Part shown: in pieces, positions 38,051 to 53,089 of the stretch | How the letters are laid out: every line of letters begins with the position of its first letter | How positions within the stretch are numbered: the first letter of the stretch is position 1 | NCBI RefSeq assembly: GCF_006345805.1 | Contig: NC_043004.1 | Span: 12,834,001 to 12,898,000 of the forward strand | Length of the DNA: 64,000 bases | Direction of reading: 5' to 3' | Origin: Octopus sinensis | Taxonomy: Eukaryota | Made by a program: the position numbers and the translations under genes | Notes under the pieces: model-generated | What the model saw: only the letters and a program-made list of their open reading frames with translations | What the model was told of the DNA's origin: nothing | Database searches by the model: none

Positions 38051-40739
38051 ATAGATGAATGTGTGTATAAATGCATGTAATCTGAGTGAGAATTGGCTAA
38101 GTATTCAAACTTCTATGCCCTCTATTTATAGAATCAATGTAGTCGTAGTTCAAACTTTATTTCAACTTCTTTATATAGGTGAATATGGATAGAGTTTGAC
38201 TACTATAAAAGTGTATATCTGTTGTCATTTGGCTGAGATCAGCACTAATGAAATTGGTCAATGTGTACTAGACCAAATTCCGTTAAGCTGTGGCAGTCCT
38301 GTCGTATGGTGTGTATCCAAAACTACATAACCAACATTATAAAATATTTCCCATTCGGAAATGAGGGCGTATGGTTTTAGGTAAACTTAGCTGCTATATC
38401 TTGGTGGTCAAGATATCACGTAGAAAATGTTCGATGTCTTGTTAAATTGTCGATTTAGAGGTTGAGGTATAAAAATGGCAAATAGAAGAGAGTCGGATAC
38501 TTCTGGATGTTAGCTGCAAACTTTTCAGATCCATGGAATGTGCTAGTTTCAAATTCCAGTGTCTAGAGTAAGATTGTTTTCAGAAAATTTATCTTCAATC
38601 CATTTTGAATATATTGTAAAGTAATTAGCGAAATTTACCTGAAATAGTTCCATCAATTTTGGAATAAATTTCTGAAAATAGCCTATGAATAGAGTCCCCC
38701 TTACTAAGTGGAAATTGGTGAGAAATGTACTCTAGTTACTGTGTGTTATTAAAATGTATTACGAGTAAGACGAACACTAATTGGTAAATTTTGCTTTGCA
38801 CTTCTGTCTTCTTTTCGATATTGGTGACAGGATTTCTATTAATTCTCGGAATCGTGTGAGCATTCTTATATTATTTTATTGTAATTCAATGGTCGTATAT
38901 ATTTAAGAGCCAAATACACGAACTGTACTAGCATAATTTTTAGCTGTTTTCCCCTTACATTTACATCCTCATGTTACGTTACCTTAGCTTTCCTTTTAAC
39001 CAGAATTTTCATTCTGTTTCTAACCCCCGAAATTTAACTCCTTCACGAGTGATATAAACTCATAGGGTCCATTTCCCGGATACTCTCGTGTATATGCCCC
39101 CCACCTCCTGGACAGGGCGCAAGTCCGTCGCAAGATTACTCATTTTTGACAGCTGGATGGACTCGAACAACGCGAAAGGAAGTGTTTTGTACAAGAACAC
39201 AACGTATAACCCGCAATTGAAACCACAATCTAACGATCATGAGAGGAACACTAACCTCAAAGCTATGCGCCTCCAAAACGATTCGAAAATTCGCATTTAT
39301 TCTTCTCAACACCTTTGATTCCTATTTTCTTCCTCTCCATTCACTGTGTTTTTACACAACTTTTTAGCTTTCAATTATATTTCTTTTTCTCTAAAGGTAC
39401 TCAAGTAATGTTGAATCGCCTTTCTCAGTTATCTAATACACAGATAGTTTTACAGGTGCTTAATACTCTTTCCATAAAAACATGTAATATCTTTCTGAAT
39501 CTTCTTTATTTCTGCTTCTTTCTCTCTCTACTGTCATTCAGTTATGTAACCACAAAACCTTATAGTTTCATTTTCAATTTTACACCTCTCCTTAATAAAC
39601 ATGGCTACTCAACATGAAGCGTATTGTATCAATTACAATTCATCGTGGCACAACGAAAGAGTCACTTCTGTGCATCGTATGTTCTTGCTTAAGCATTCAA
39701 ATTTCTATTTATCTTATGTATAGATATCTGTTTCCTTAAATTACACTTCTATTTGAATCTCTCCGTTTTTTTCTTTCTTCTACGCTTTCCTTTCGTTCCT
39801 TTTCTTCCATTTGTTTCTCTTGTGTATATCTTGTATTTCTTGGCTTTTATTTCTCTCATATATTCTCGTGTAAATAGCATGTCGGAAAAGTTTTATATCT
39901 GTTTACCTGCAATTATACAAAGGGAAAAAAAGCGGTATGGTAAAATTTGGAGAAAACAATGCTAACAAGAGTAGGCAGAGAGCGCAAACCTCCGCCAAGG
40001 CAACACCAATGTCCTCTAAACGATTAGCCAGAGATGATGATTTTAAAAATGAGAATATCTGAAATAAACGCAACTGCTCTCACAAACGAGAATGCTAAAA
40101 ATGAACCCGATTGCTGTACTGGATCGATCCCAAAATCTAATCCGTTCGTACCAATCATGAGGCCAAACATCACTGAAAGTTTCATCTGAATCCATCCAAC
40201 GATACTTGAGATATCTTGTCCACAGACAAACAAACGAACAAACACGACTGAAAACAATAATGTTAGCTTTGTAGAAGGCTGCGAAAAAAATAGCGACATT
40301 TTGCCTCTCTACACGTTCTGAGTTCAAATTCCGCCGAGGTCGAGTCTGCCTTTCATCCTTGCAAGATCGATATTATAAATACCAGCCGAGCACTGGGGTT
40401 GAAACTGCAAACCTTGTGCCAAAATTTGATATTGATAACGTAAGCATTTCGCCAGGAGTACTACCTCTATCGGCTTACAAATAATAAATCCTTGGGGCAA
40501 TTTGGTCGACTAAAGGCAGTGCTCCAGCATGGCCGTAGTCAAATCACTGAAACAAATAAAAGAAAAAAGATTAAAAGAATGTATATATATAATTGAAAAA
40601 TGCTCGATTTGGATTCCGTGCTAGCAACTAGTGTATGTATGTATGTATGTATGTATGTATGTATGTATGTATGTATGTATGTATGTATGTATGCATGCAT
40701 GTATGTATGTATATATATATAACGGGAAGCTTTATGAAA

Positions 40740-40900
40740 ATAAACAAAAGACGAAGGCAGGTGGAGTACAAACAAACAATTGTATTAGTATGGCGCTCAG
40801 GAATATAAATAAAACAAGTCTTTTACGTTTCGAGCCTACGCTCTTCAACAGAAAGATACACAGAAAAGAAACACGGAGAGAAACAAGGAGAGAAAAAAAT
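40740..40900 (-). mobile_element. Penelope-like terminal repeat fragment with minimal hammerhead-like motif (40818-40857)
   Basis: Reverse complement: ATCTTT CTGTTGA A GAGC GTAG GCTC GAAAC GTA AAAGAC. Confidence 0.6.
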
Positions 40901-40966
40901 GCGTGCAGAAGCTAGCGATTCAGCATGGCAGTCTGATTCTGGCCAGAAGTCGGAGATCATTTATAT

Positions 40967-41013
<47 letters not shown>

Positions 41014-42182
41014 GTACATACTTACATATGCATACATACGCACATTATTTACTATCTTAAATATCAATTCTGTAGCCGTAGGTTTGCGGAGAGTTTTAAT
41101 GAATATCTCATTGAACTATTGTCTGTCTGTCTACATTGTCTATCTGTCGCCCTTTCAGTTCACTGTCACTCACTTTTTACCACCGCTCACAAGTGTCTTA
41201 CCACAAGGATCCCGTGCCTCTTGCTAGCCTCGGCATTTTCTTCTTGATTATGAATAGTGCGGCCTCTTCCACTTAACTACACCTTACCACGTCACAAACT
41301 ACTCTCCAACGTTTCATCGTAACATAATACACCAAATTTCTACTCCTACTTCGCAAACTACATGTATTTTTAGTACATCTGTACACGTAGACTGATGTTA
41401 TCGCGTTCACATTCTAGCACATATACACAGAAATTACTTGACTATCGTGGGTGTTACGTTCCAAAACTCCCAGCGATAGGTGAAAATCCGCGAAACAGAA
41501 ACAGTACTGTACTGTATATAGTTTTAATTATTTTTATAATACATACGTATTCATCTTATTATAAATGCAAAACAACACCACGGAGGAATCGACGTAAGCT
41601 TAGATAATAAACCGTGATAGGTGAACCGCGATATGGCGAGGATTACCGTATAACGACTTACTTCTCATGCGCGTGCAAGCCCATTGATACGCACAACACA
41701 ACAGCTTGTAAGAATTACATCTCGAACTATCCGTACACACATTACCCTCACCTTACCCCCGCCCTATGTGCACATCAGGCACATATGTCCCTCATTTACC
41801 ACACATTAATTGCACACATCATACCACCAGCTAGTTATTACATCACGCATACCCGCAAGCATGAACACTCGGCAACGGCTGTGTGTACGTATGTGCATAC
41901 ATATTTACAATCTCAGCTGAATATATTATGTTATTGTTGCACATATTTCATGCATTCATGAGCTGTTCATTATTTTCCACCTATTAGACGTTAGTTAACT
42001 TCTACATAAATGAAAGTGTTATGCATCAAACTACGCTTCATTACACACACACACGGCAGCAGGAGCACTGCATGTGCTACTTACTTCCATTCCCTTACTG
42101 GTTCTCTGCTTCCATTGGTTTTTTCTTTCTCTTCACTATTCTCCTTATAACTCTTTCTCTCTTTTTCTGTCACCCACACTGC

Positions 42183-42218
<36 letters not shown>

Positions 42219-44289
42219 TTCTTTCTCTCTTCATGTACTCTCAGTATGACAAAGATTTTCTTTCTTGTTCCGTTTCTTGTATTCCCCTCCCCAAATATCC
42301 CATTGCGTAAGGCCTGTCATGCAAAAAAATCCATCGTCTTTTCGATATTGTTTACTTTTAGTGTTTCGAGGATTTTATGCATACACTAGAAGACAAATTA
42401 GGAGATACGATTCTATAAAATTTATTTCAGACACAAAAGTTTCGAAATATTCCGAAATTCATACTATTTTTTTATTTTTTTATTGACTTGATATAGTTTA
42501 AAACATTTTGGAACTTTCCGTTTGGGAATGTGTCGTACGGTTCAATAGATTTAAGGTCCACCATAATTAGAGAGTGGAGTATCATTTGATTTTGCAAAAT
42601 GTAAACATATCTGGGCAGTGTCCTTTCAAAACTGCGTTAACTTTGAAAGTCATGTTAAACCCCGAATTATCAGACATAGATTTCATAGATATTGCTACCA
42701 TGTAGAACGAATTGATGGGAAGAATATTTCCATTTCAATCATATGGGAATTCTTGCAATTAATTTATATTGAATTTGAAATATTGTTATCATTGGATAGT
42801 GTAGAGAATTTTTGATGCTTAGAATTGGCCATATTTGTTCAAAGCCATTAGTTCTCTGATACAATATTTTAATGTGGTGTTTATTAATTAACTTATGATA
42901 ATTATAGTGAGAGGGCTATGGAAAGATTTTAAGCCTTACAGTAGCAACATATGTTAATATCGGTAGAAACATCTGCTAATTAGCAGAATAAACCAGATAT
43001 TAATTGTATTTCTTCATACGTGTTAAATAGCATTGTGTATGTACCGTACTTTGCCTTTATTATCGTTATTACAGAAATCGCCATTATATGAGTAGAAATA
43101 CATTAGGATACAGTATCGCTGGAAGACAGAGTGGAGACTCTCTTAAGAAGATATTGTCAGAAAAGAATACATAGAAAATATACGCTTTGGATAATTTAGG
43201 GTACTTAAAAACTTAAAATTTAACTGCTATTCTCTATACATATACCTTAACTATATATATATATTCGTAAATATACATGTGTGTGCGCGCGTGTGTGAGT
43301 GCGCACTCGAGTGTGTGTGTGTACATATGTCCATTCTTACAAGTAAAAATAAAAAGCTTCCATATTTTGGAACATGTAAAGTTTACATTACTGAAAATTA
43401 GCTGCACTTTTTAGCCATTACTACACGAAGTATCACACTGCTAAATCATAGGTGAGATCCTTTAGAGAATACAGTGTAAACATCTATCTATCTATCTATC
43501 TTCGAGTATCTCCCCTCTAAATACATATCCTTATATTTTGAATTTACATATTAAAAAGAAAGCCAGCAAGCCCACGTAATAAATTGGATCCGCTTCCTGG
43601 ATCATGTATCGTCCTCTGAAATCCGAAGATTTACTAGAAAAGGAAAACCATATATTTCTCGACTGCTTAATTCCTGAATATGTCAGGCTTTATAAAGCGT
43701 ATCATATATATATATACACACACATACATACATACATACATACATACGTATATATATATAATATTTTCTTATATCATATAATACCTGTGTGCATGCATGT
43801 ATAAACAGACGCATATATAATATAAACGCTTAAATATTATCAGAAAAGAAAAGACTCACAAACCATATTGGCGCCTCAGTTTCTTCTGCCATGTATATAA
43901 CACATAGCTAAAATTCATATGCATCGCGAACTCTGCCGTGTAAGTTACTTAGAAAATCATGCATGTCATTGTGTACATTGAGAAAAGAAAATGCTATCGT
44001 AATACCAAAGAATATTCGAGTCTTGATCAATGTCTGAACTACCTACAAAACACGAGAGTACCTATGCGTGAATACTACTCATATTTATGACTGATGCCGC
44101 TTCTGAAATACGTTTTAACATACTTGGTCATATTAGAATTAAAGTATTTTGAGTGATTCGTAATGGTCTGCATACAGGAATATAAACAGATATGTTTCTT
44201 TATTAGCCACACAGGGCTGAACACAGAGGGCACAAAATACAAAGTAGTGCTTTTCTTTTTGGGAAGGAAAGAAAAAAGAGGTGGGGGTA

Positions 44290-45146
44290 GAATTTCGATC
44301 AAAAGATTCTCCAAAGCAGAAGCATTGTGTCTCTGTTTCTGGGCCTGAGAGATCTAAGGATCCAACCTGCTACCCGCCTGTATTGTGTTGCCATCTGAGC
44401 AATGTGCACAAGGAAAGTTACGTCGTTGCTCATGTGGATTCGCAGGTCACGCAACGACTCTAACACTGGGATTACCTCGCATGCTGGTCCGGTGTAATTC
44501 AGCTGTAGTTTGTTTGTGGGCTGATAGCGCAGTGCTTGATATTTTGCGCCATTGAACTGCATATTATTTTCATCAGCCAATTTATATATTGTGTTCAGGT
44601 CATTCTGCAGTCTTTGGATGTCAGTAGGATCCTTGACCGCCTGCGATACTTTTGTATCATCGGCGTAGTTGGTGATTGTGGCTGACTCTGTGGGTGAGGG
44701 CATGTCTGAGAGAGCAACCACAAACAGTAGTGGACCCAGGGCTATTCCCTGGGGTTCTCCACTGAGGATTGGTGTCACTTCAGAGAGAGCACCATTTGTT
44801 GTGACACCCTGACTTTTGCCCCTTAGGAAATCATGCACCCACTCTTCCAGTCTACCAGTGATACCGATATCAGGCAATTTTATGATATATCATCCCATGA
44901 TCAACTTTGTCAAACGCCTTGGCGAAGTCGAGATATATCACATCTACATTTGAATGGTTGAGCTGTTATTTTAGTATCCAGTCGAAGTGCTGTAGTAGCT
45001 GTGTTAGGCAGCTCCGTCCAAGACGGAACCCATTTTGCGTGTCTGTAAGCAAGTCATTTCCCTCTAGGAACGTGGTCAGTCTTTTTCTGAAAATGCGTTC
45101 CATGATCTTGCTGATGTGTGAGGTCAGAGAGATAGGTCTGTAGTTT
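44290..45146 (-). mobile_element. Reverse-transcriptase fragment of an APE-type LINE (CR1/L2 group), with stops and a frameshift
   Basis: NYRPISLTSHISK, Q-GFR-GRSC, YLDFAKAFDKVDH, SGEPQGIALGPLLF, YADDTK, LQNDLN, NNMQFN. Confidence 0.92.
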
Positions 45147-45301
45147 ATGTGTACGTATGAACAGGCATGCTTACGTGTTTACAATGAACTTTTAACCTTA
45201 TCTTAATTAGCGGTCATTCGAATTAGCGCTTTTATATAAGTAGCGGACTATAACACAGTAATTTTCATTTGTATAACGGTCTTTTTCCATAGCGTTTTTC
45301 A

Positions 45302-45450
45302 GATAGCCAGATAACCGAAGAGATGGTGGTGTGGATCTCTACCTCGGCAGCCGAAACTCAGAGTTTTATATTATTTTACAGATAAATTTCCTCTATTTAC
45401 ATAATATTGAGGTCTCTTTCTTTCTTCGTTATCTTACCGTTTTTTACCAA
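45302..45450 (+). repeat. Terminal-repeat-like element with hammerhead-like fold; second copy at 51766-51940
   Basis: The two copies are colinear; both end ...ttatcttaccgttttaccaata before a microsatellite. Confidence 0.75.
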
Positions 45451-45467
45451 TACACACACACACACAC

Positions 45468-45561
<94 letters not shown>

Positions 45562-45673
45562 CAATTAATAATTGTAATATAATTTTTTAATCTTCGGATT
45601 TTCTGAACATGCTCGACCATTGGTTTAAATTGATGTTAATCGATTGATATCAATTTCTACCAGCATTATTTTA

Positions 45674-45719
<46 letters not shown>

Positions 45720-46079
45720 TTTTTCTCTCTTGTTAATCCAGCTTCTTTCTTATTTCCTTTTCTCCTAAGGGTTTCTGATCGAAAATGTAAAAAGGATTTA
45801 CGCTTATCTTCAGTATCCCAGGTGGAAGGAGTTTCATTCAGTGACCACGATATCTTACTGGTGTATTGTATTTTATTCCAATATATTACCTCGTAATATA
45901 TTGAATTTCATTCGATATGCCGCGGTTTTTGGTTAGGTTCTTCACTTATTTCAAACGGTTTCGCCGCTTAACTTAAATATTCCACGTGGAAAATATACGA
46001 TAAATTTCTTTACTAGAAGTACTTGAGAGTGTCAACAAATACGATATCGTTCCGATGTATTCTATTTCACTCCGATATA

Positions 46080-46263
46080 TTTTCTTGTAATATATTGAAT
46101 TACACTCAATATGCAGCGAATTCTGGTTGGATTATTCCACTTATTTCGAACCGGTTGCAAGGTATCCAAGGGAAATTTTTTTACCGATTGTCAGAAGCAA
46201 GCGTGCGGAGACCGGAAGTATATAGTATATAAATATATATATAAAAATGTATATATATATGTA

Positions 46264-46334
<71 letters not shown>

Positions 46335-46346
46335 ATATATATATAA

Positions 46347-46385
<39 letters not shown>

Positions 46386-46418
46386 AATATATATATTTAT
46401 ATTTATATATATATATAT

Positions 46419-46458
<40 letters not shown>

Positions 46459-46546
46459 AATATATATATACATCTTTATATATATATTTATATACATATA
46501 TACTTCCGGTCTCCGCACGCTTGATAGATAGATAGATAGATAGATG

Positions 46547-46600
<54 letters not shown>

Positions 46601-46808
46601 AAGATAGATAGATAGATATAGATATACATATATATATACATCTTTATATATATATTTATAACATATATACTTCCGGTCTCCGCACGCTTGCTTCAGACAA
46701 TCGGTAAAAAAATCTCCCTTGGATACCTTGCAACCGGTTCGAAATAAGTGGAATAATCCAACCAGAATTCGCTGCATATTGAGTGTAATTCAATATATTA
46801 CAAGAAAA
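46080..46808. repeat. Young long inverted repeat (unique arm + (TATC)n/(GATA)n), with a third partial arm at ~46470-46522
   Basis: ORFs 46111(+) and 46777(-) translate near-identically; only a few substitutions between arms. Confidence 0.9.
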
Positions 46809-46844
46809 AAAAGAAAAAAAAAAAAATATATATATATATATCGT

Positions 46845-46908
<64 letters not shown>

Positions 46909-47031
46909 GGTTAGAAACCGTAGTTTAGGTTATATACGGGAGGAAAATGGATATAGTAACAAAGAGAAACTCGTGGTTTTCGCTCGTATGCCTTTAATTT
47001 AATTAGATAACAAAGAAGGAGGAAGCAGAGA

Positions 47032-47122
<91 letters not shown>

Positions 47123-47414
47123 TCATGATACCCTTGGCCAGAAGTGTAGCTTACTCTATCCACCTCGTTTGAATATTTACCACTTCCGAAATTTCGAGGT
47201 TCCAGTCGCTATGAAACACAAGATTTTATCTTGGATATATATATGTGTGTGTGTGTGTGTCTGTGTGTCTACCCGGTTTCTGTGTCTTAGATCTTATTCC
47301 TAGCAATTGCAGGTGCTGTGTTGCACACTCATTTATGTATAGGAAAGAGAGAGGAAGAAAGAGAGGGAGAGACATAAATAGATGGATAAATAGAAAGATA
47401 GGTAGATAACTAAC

Positions 47415-47483
<69 letters not shown>

Positions 47484-48131
47484 ACATACATAGAAAGTCG
47501 CTTATACGCGATATACGTGTACGATATTTCACACACAGTTAATTGACCCTGTTATAGCAGGCTAATAGTTCCATTCCTACGTGTTAAGACCTTACATCAC
47601 AAGATAGAAGTTAGACAGGTTTGATCTGATTACATGCACTCAGTCTCCCAACATTTCATATGTGTGTGTGTCTTTGTAGTATATGAGATGAAATTATTTA
47701 TTCATGAATTAGCGCTTACGCGTTTGCACAGGTACGAAATTCTGTGAACATGTCCTCCACATCTACACACAATAAACGTGAACTTAACGATTGCTCACGT
47801 TACGGTTGGCATGGAATTGCAATACGAATACGACATACATACATACATACATGCACACGCACACACATACACATATACATAGATTAAACACACACACATA
47901 TATCTGAATAATTATGCGTATATGCATTTATATATATTTGTATATACACACATATAAATATAGATATATACACACATGTATATATGTATATATATATATA
48001 TATATGCATATATATAGATATATAGATAAATATTTGTACATACATACACTTTTAACTACAAATGGATGTTCGCATACATGTTTGCATGTATATATATATA
48101 TATAATATATAAATGCTCACACACACACGCG

Positions 48132-48168
<37 letters not shown>

Positions 48169-48361
48169 GTGGTGTGTGTGTGTGTGTTTGTGTGTGTTAT
48201 GTATGAATGTGTGTGTTACATATGCATATATACATATATACATATACATATACATACATATATATATATGTATATGTGTGTGTGTGTGTGTGTGTGTATG
48301 CATGTATATATAACCCAGTGTAAGTTTGGAAACCAGCTCATCACCGTAAATTCTCTGGCGG

Positions 48362-48400
<39 letters not shown>

Positions 48401-48521
48401 TGTGTACAGTGCTCAGGTGCACTACAACTCATCTAAAGTGTATATATAATCAGGTGTAGTTTCGACGGATTTCGGGAAGCATGAGGGCCTTATATATTCG
48501 TATATACCGCGCACACACGCA

Positions 48522-48552
<31 letters not shown>

Positions 48553-49404
48553 GAACACACACACACACGCACGAACACACACACACATCATTCGATTGAT
48601 GGGGAGACAATCACGTGATACCTTACTGCAATAAGACTGCTACAAAAAGAATAAAGAGAAACAACAATGACAAAAAAACAACAACAACAACAACAACAAC
48701 AGAACCAACAAAAAGCAAGTCTGTAAGGACACAGCTAATTAATAAGTGATCCGTTGTTATCGATTCCTGTTGGCAGTTAGCCTTCTTACAGGCTATCAAT
48801 ACAGAGATCAATAGAATCTGGTCACTTATCAGTTATGTATTGCACGCAATCAATAACCTCTCCCACCCAACCCACAAACCATTTCCTCTTCTCACCAACC
48901 GGATCAATCGATTTTTTCATTATTTCCTCTTAAGGTTCCATTCTTTCAGGCCTTTCATCTTTAGCCGACAATTTCCCCGAATCGAATTTCTCTCCGTCTT
49001 AGCACTACTCCACGTTGGTTATCTTTCTCCCATTCATTTATTTATTTATTCATTCAATTATTTATCTTTTATTATTATTCCACAAATCCATATTATCACT
49101 ATTCCTGATATTATTATTATTATTATTATTATATAGAATTATTGATTGAGCTACTCTTCGTTTTAACTCATTCATTACTGTAGTGGTTTTTATCTCTCGA
49201 CATTACTATACTGTAGCATTGTCCTCCTTCATTCTTAATTTCCTTGTGTTTTTTTTTTGGTTTTGTTTTGTTTTAATTTTCTTTGTGTTCGTGGTGATGT
49301 GGTTTTTATTTGGCGTTATTTCGTTCATTCACTGATGTCCTTTTTCTCGGCCTCCCCACTAACCTCGCATTAAATCCAGTCTTCCTTCGCACACACAGAC
49401 AAAT

Positions 49405-49448
<44 letters not shown>

Positions 49449-49994
49449 ATAACACTGTCACATACATATATACGCATATATTTATAGCTTAATGCTGGAT
49501 ATTTATGCCAATTGCAAATTGAGAGAATATCTAGTTATTAATTAAAATATGCTAGACCCAACATTCCAGTATTATTAATTTCCCTTTCCATCGTGTGGTA
49601 TTTCATTCTTATTTCATAATTTCATCTAATATATATATGTGCCGTACGAAATGCATACCATTAGTATTCTACCAGCGAAGTTAAAAGCCGTCAGTCAGTG
49701 ACTTAGGCACAACCCAGAATGTCCCTTGCAGATATTCGAACGCATATCAATCACAGATACACACTGCTACACAATTATTTGTCATCAGCTAATTGTATTC
49801 CATGTCATGTCGAAGCAATCAATGGAAAAGCAAGAGACACCATGGCCTTCGGACTGTACTTGATCAAGTTCCGCCCCCGGATAAGCTACTCACTGTGGTT
49901 AAGTTTCGCTAAAGAAGGTGGGTAACGAAAACCCTTTCGGGAGTTTCTTGGTCCAGACGAAAGCCATCAGAAACTAAATGTGTATGAGTGTATG

Positions 49995-50088
<94 letters not shown>

Positions 50089-50118
50089 ATATATATATAT
50101 TATATATATGAGCGTGTA

Positions 50119-50161
<43 letters not shown>

Positions 50162-50178
50162 ATCATCTCTATATATAT

Positions 50179-50221
<43 letters not shown>

Positions 50222-50268
50222 TTATATATATATATATTATATATATATATGTATATGCATATATATCT

Positions 50269-50634
50269 GACACTCCGTCAGTTAGGACGACGAGGGTTCC
50301 AGTTGATCCGATCAACGGAAAAGCCTGCTCGTGCAATTAACGTGCAAATGGCTGAGCGTGTGCCGTTAACGTAGTTCTAGAGGGGATTCAGCGTGATACA
50401 GAGTGTGACAAGGCTGGCCCTTTAAAATACAGGTACAACGGAAACAGGAAGAAGGAGTGAGAGAAAGTTGTTGTGAAAGAAAACAGCAGGGTTCGCCTCC
50501 ACCCCCTGCCGGAGCCTCGTGGAGCTATAGGTGTTTCGACCAATAAACACTCGAAACGCCCGGTCTGGGAATCGAAACCGCGATCCTACGATCGCGAGTC
50601 CGCTGCCTTAACCACTGTGCTATTGTGCCTCTAC
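50269..50634 (-). mobile_element. Full-length SINE family B
   Basis: Reverse complement of 15122-15480. Confidence 0.9.
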
Positions 50635-50653
50635 ATATATACATACACACACA

Positions 50654-50940
50654 TTTACTTGTTTCACTCATTTGACTGAGGTTAAGCTGGAGCACCGCCT
50701 TTAGTCGACGGATCGACCCAGGACCTTTTCTTTGTAAGCTTAACAATTATTCTATCGGTCTCTCGTGCCGAGCCGCTAGATTAAGGGGAATTAAAGACAC
50801 CGATATCGGTTGTCAAGCGATGTTTGTAGGACAAACGCAGACATACAAATACCTACCTACATACCTACCTACCTACCTACCTACCTACCTACCTACATAC
50901 ATACATACATACATACATACAGATACATACATACATACAG

Positions 50941-51000
<60 letters not shown>

Positions 51001-51179
51001 ATATATATATATATATATACGACGTGCTTCTCAGTTTCCGTCTACAGATTCATCACAAGGCTTTGGTCGGGCCGAGGCTTTAGTAGGAGAAACTTGCCGC
51101 ATGTGCCACGCAGTGGGACTGAACCTGGAACCATGTAGTTGGAAAGCATGCTTTTTACCACACAGTCATTCGTGCGCCT
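50654..51179 (-). mobile_element. Full-length SINE family C with compound internal microsatellite
   Basis: Both halves match family C. Confidence 0.85.
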
Positions 51180-51182
51180 ATA

Positions 51183-51750
51183 TATTGGGTTTTCCGGAAA
51201 GTTCGTGCCGATTTTTAAAGGAAAGAAAAATGTCAATACTTGCCATTACATTTTTAATCAACCAAATATGAACCATTTTGTTGCACAATGCGTCTCCATC
51301 TTGTTTTTTAACTTGAAAATAGCCTCTTCCCAGAAGTGAGATGGTTTCATGGCAAAACATTCATCAAGGTATCGTTTTACATCATCCAAGGAATTGAAAT
51401 TTTTACCATTAAGACTATTCTGCAGAGACCTGAATAAGTGGAAATCCGAAAGAGCAATATCTGGTGAATATGGAGACTGGGGTAACACATCCCAGCCGAG
51501 CTGCAGCAACTTTTGTCCGGTTCCCAAAGCATCAAGTGCCAAAAATGAACTTTCTTATCTTCCATTTTAAAGGGTTACAGAATTAACACAAGTTATAGGA
51601 ACATAAACCTTCTTCCACGAAAAGATAGCTTAAATTGTGGTCTAAATGGCGGTGTAGTAAAATCCTATTTTATGGACTTAACCATGTTCTAAAATAAGTT
51701 GAAAGGTAAGCTGGTATAAATCGGCACGAACTTTCCGTACAATCCAATAT
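51183..51750 (-). mobile_element. Internally deleted mariner (~570 bp) with intact TIRs
   Basis: TIRs tattgggttttccggaaagttcgtgccgattt / aaatcggcacgaactttccgtacaatccaata with TA flanks. MEDKKVHF start fused to LGWDVLPQSPYSPDIALSDFHLFRSLQNSL. Confidence 0.92.
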
Positions 51751-51765
51751 ATATATGTATATGTA

Positions 51766-51934
51766 GATGGCCAGATAACCGTAGAGATGGTGGTGTGGAT
51801 TTCCACCTGGGCATCCGAAACTCAGAGTTTTATCTTGGCTACCAAATAACTGTCACGTATTATTTTACAGATAAATTTCCTCTATTTACATAATATTGAG
51901 GTATCTTTCTTTCTTTTGTTATCTTACCGTTTTA

Positions 51935-51940
<6 letters not shown>
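51766..51940 (+). repeat. Second copy of the 45302-45450 element
   Basis: Direct alignment by eye. Confidence 0.75.
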
Positions 51941-51983
<43 letters not shown>

Positions 51984-51990
51984 GAGAGAG

Positions 51991-52039
<49 letters not shown>

Positions 52040-52040
52040 T

Positions 52041-52103
<63 letters not shown>

Positions 52104-52562
52104 TATCATTAATGATTAAAGTCACAAAATCTCTGAGAAATTCAAACGGAATTAGCCGCTCATCAAAGGGAAAGTAAGTCCATACTATTATTCGTTTCTG
52201 ATAACTACTGGCTTTGTGGCATTTGTTGCACCAGACGAATAAAATCTAGCAGCTTGTGGATTAAAATTATCAACATCTAGCTAGACCAATGGTTAACGGA
52301 GTAAAGCCACTTAATGATTAACCAGAAAGAAATGAGACTTAGTACTATGTGATCTTTGCCAGAAAAGTATGTGAACTTTCAGATGAGATACCGTGAAAGT
52401 TTTATTCCAGTACGATCGCCTTAAACGAACGAAACCGTTATCGGCTTAGTTAAAAATACACGTATTGACTTTTAATTTTCTATGATGAAATTCTCCGAGA
52501 AATTGTTCTGATGTGTTCAAGATATGTATACACATACATACCTACATACATTCATACATACA

Positions 52563-52594
<32 letters not shown>

Positions 52595-53089
52595 CACACA
52601 CAAATGCATAACTTTTGCCCATAAACTACACTCTACACATGCACACTATATGATCTCTGTTATACACACGCACACACATGTTAGCGTCACACACTCACAC
52701 ATATACACACGTCCATAAACGCGCGCACATACACAAACACACAAACCATTCATCACTCCACACAACACATATACTAAGTTACTAGTACACGCACACGCAC
52801 ACTCAAGCTAATGCATTTGCACACACACAGACACACAGCCGCACACAAACGTAGACACGTCCATATACACACACACATATATAACAGCACATCACTCCAC
52901 ATAATGTACGCTCTAGGTTACTTACACATATACACACACACACAGAGGTCCACATAATTTTCTGTTCGCCCACTCATGCATTCTCACACACTCACCCCCA
53001 TTCTCACATGTCCAAGCACCCGCTAGACTAAATTCGTTCGACCGGGTCACCATCCTTATCTCCCTTTCATTCAACCTCTTTCTTTTGAT

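Noticed and set aside
41090-41330. Possible further GIY-YIG C-terminal relic
   Set aside because: Only a vague RRFAE resemblance; too decayed to support.
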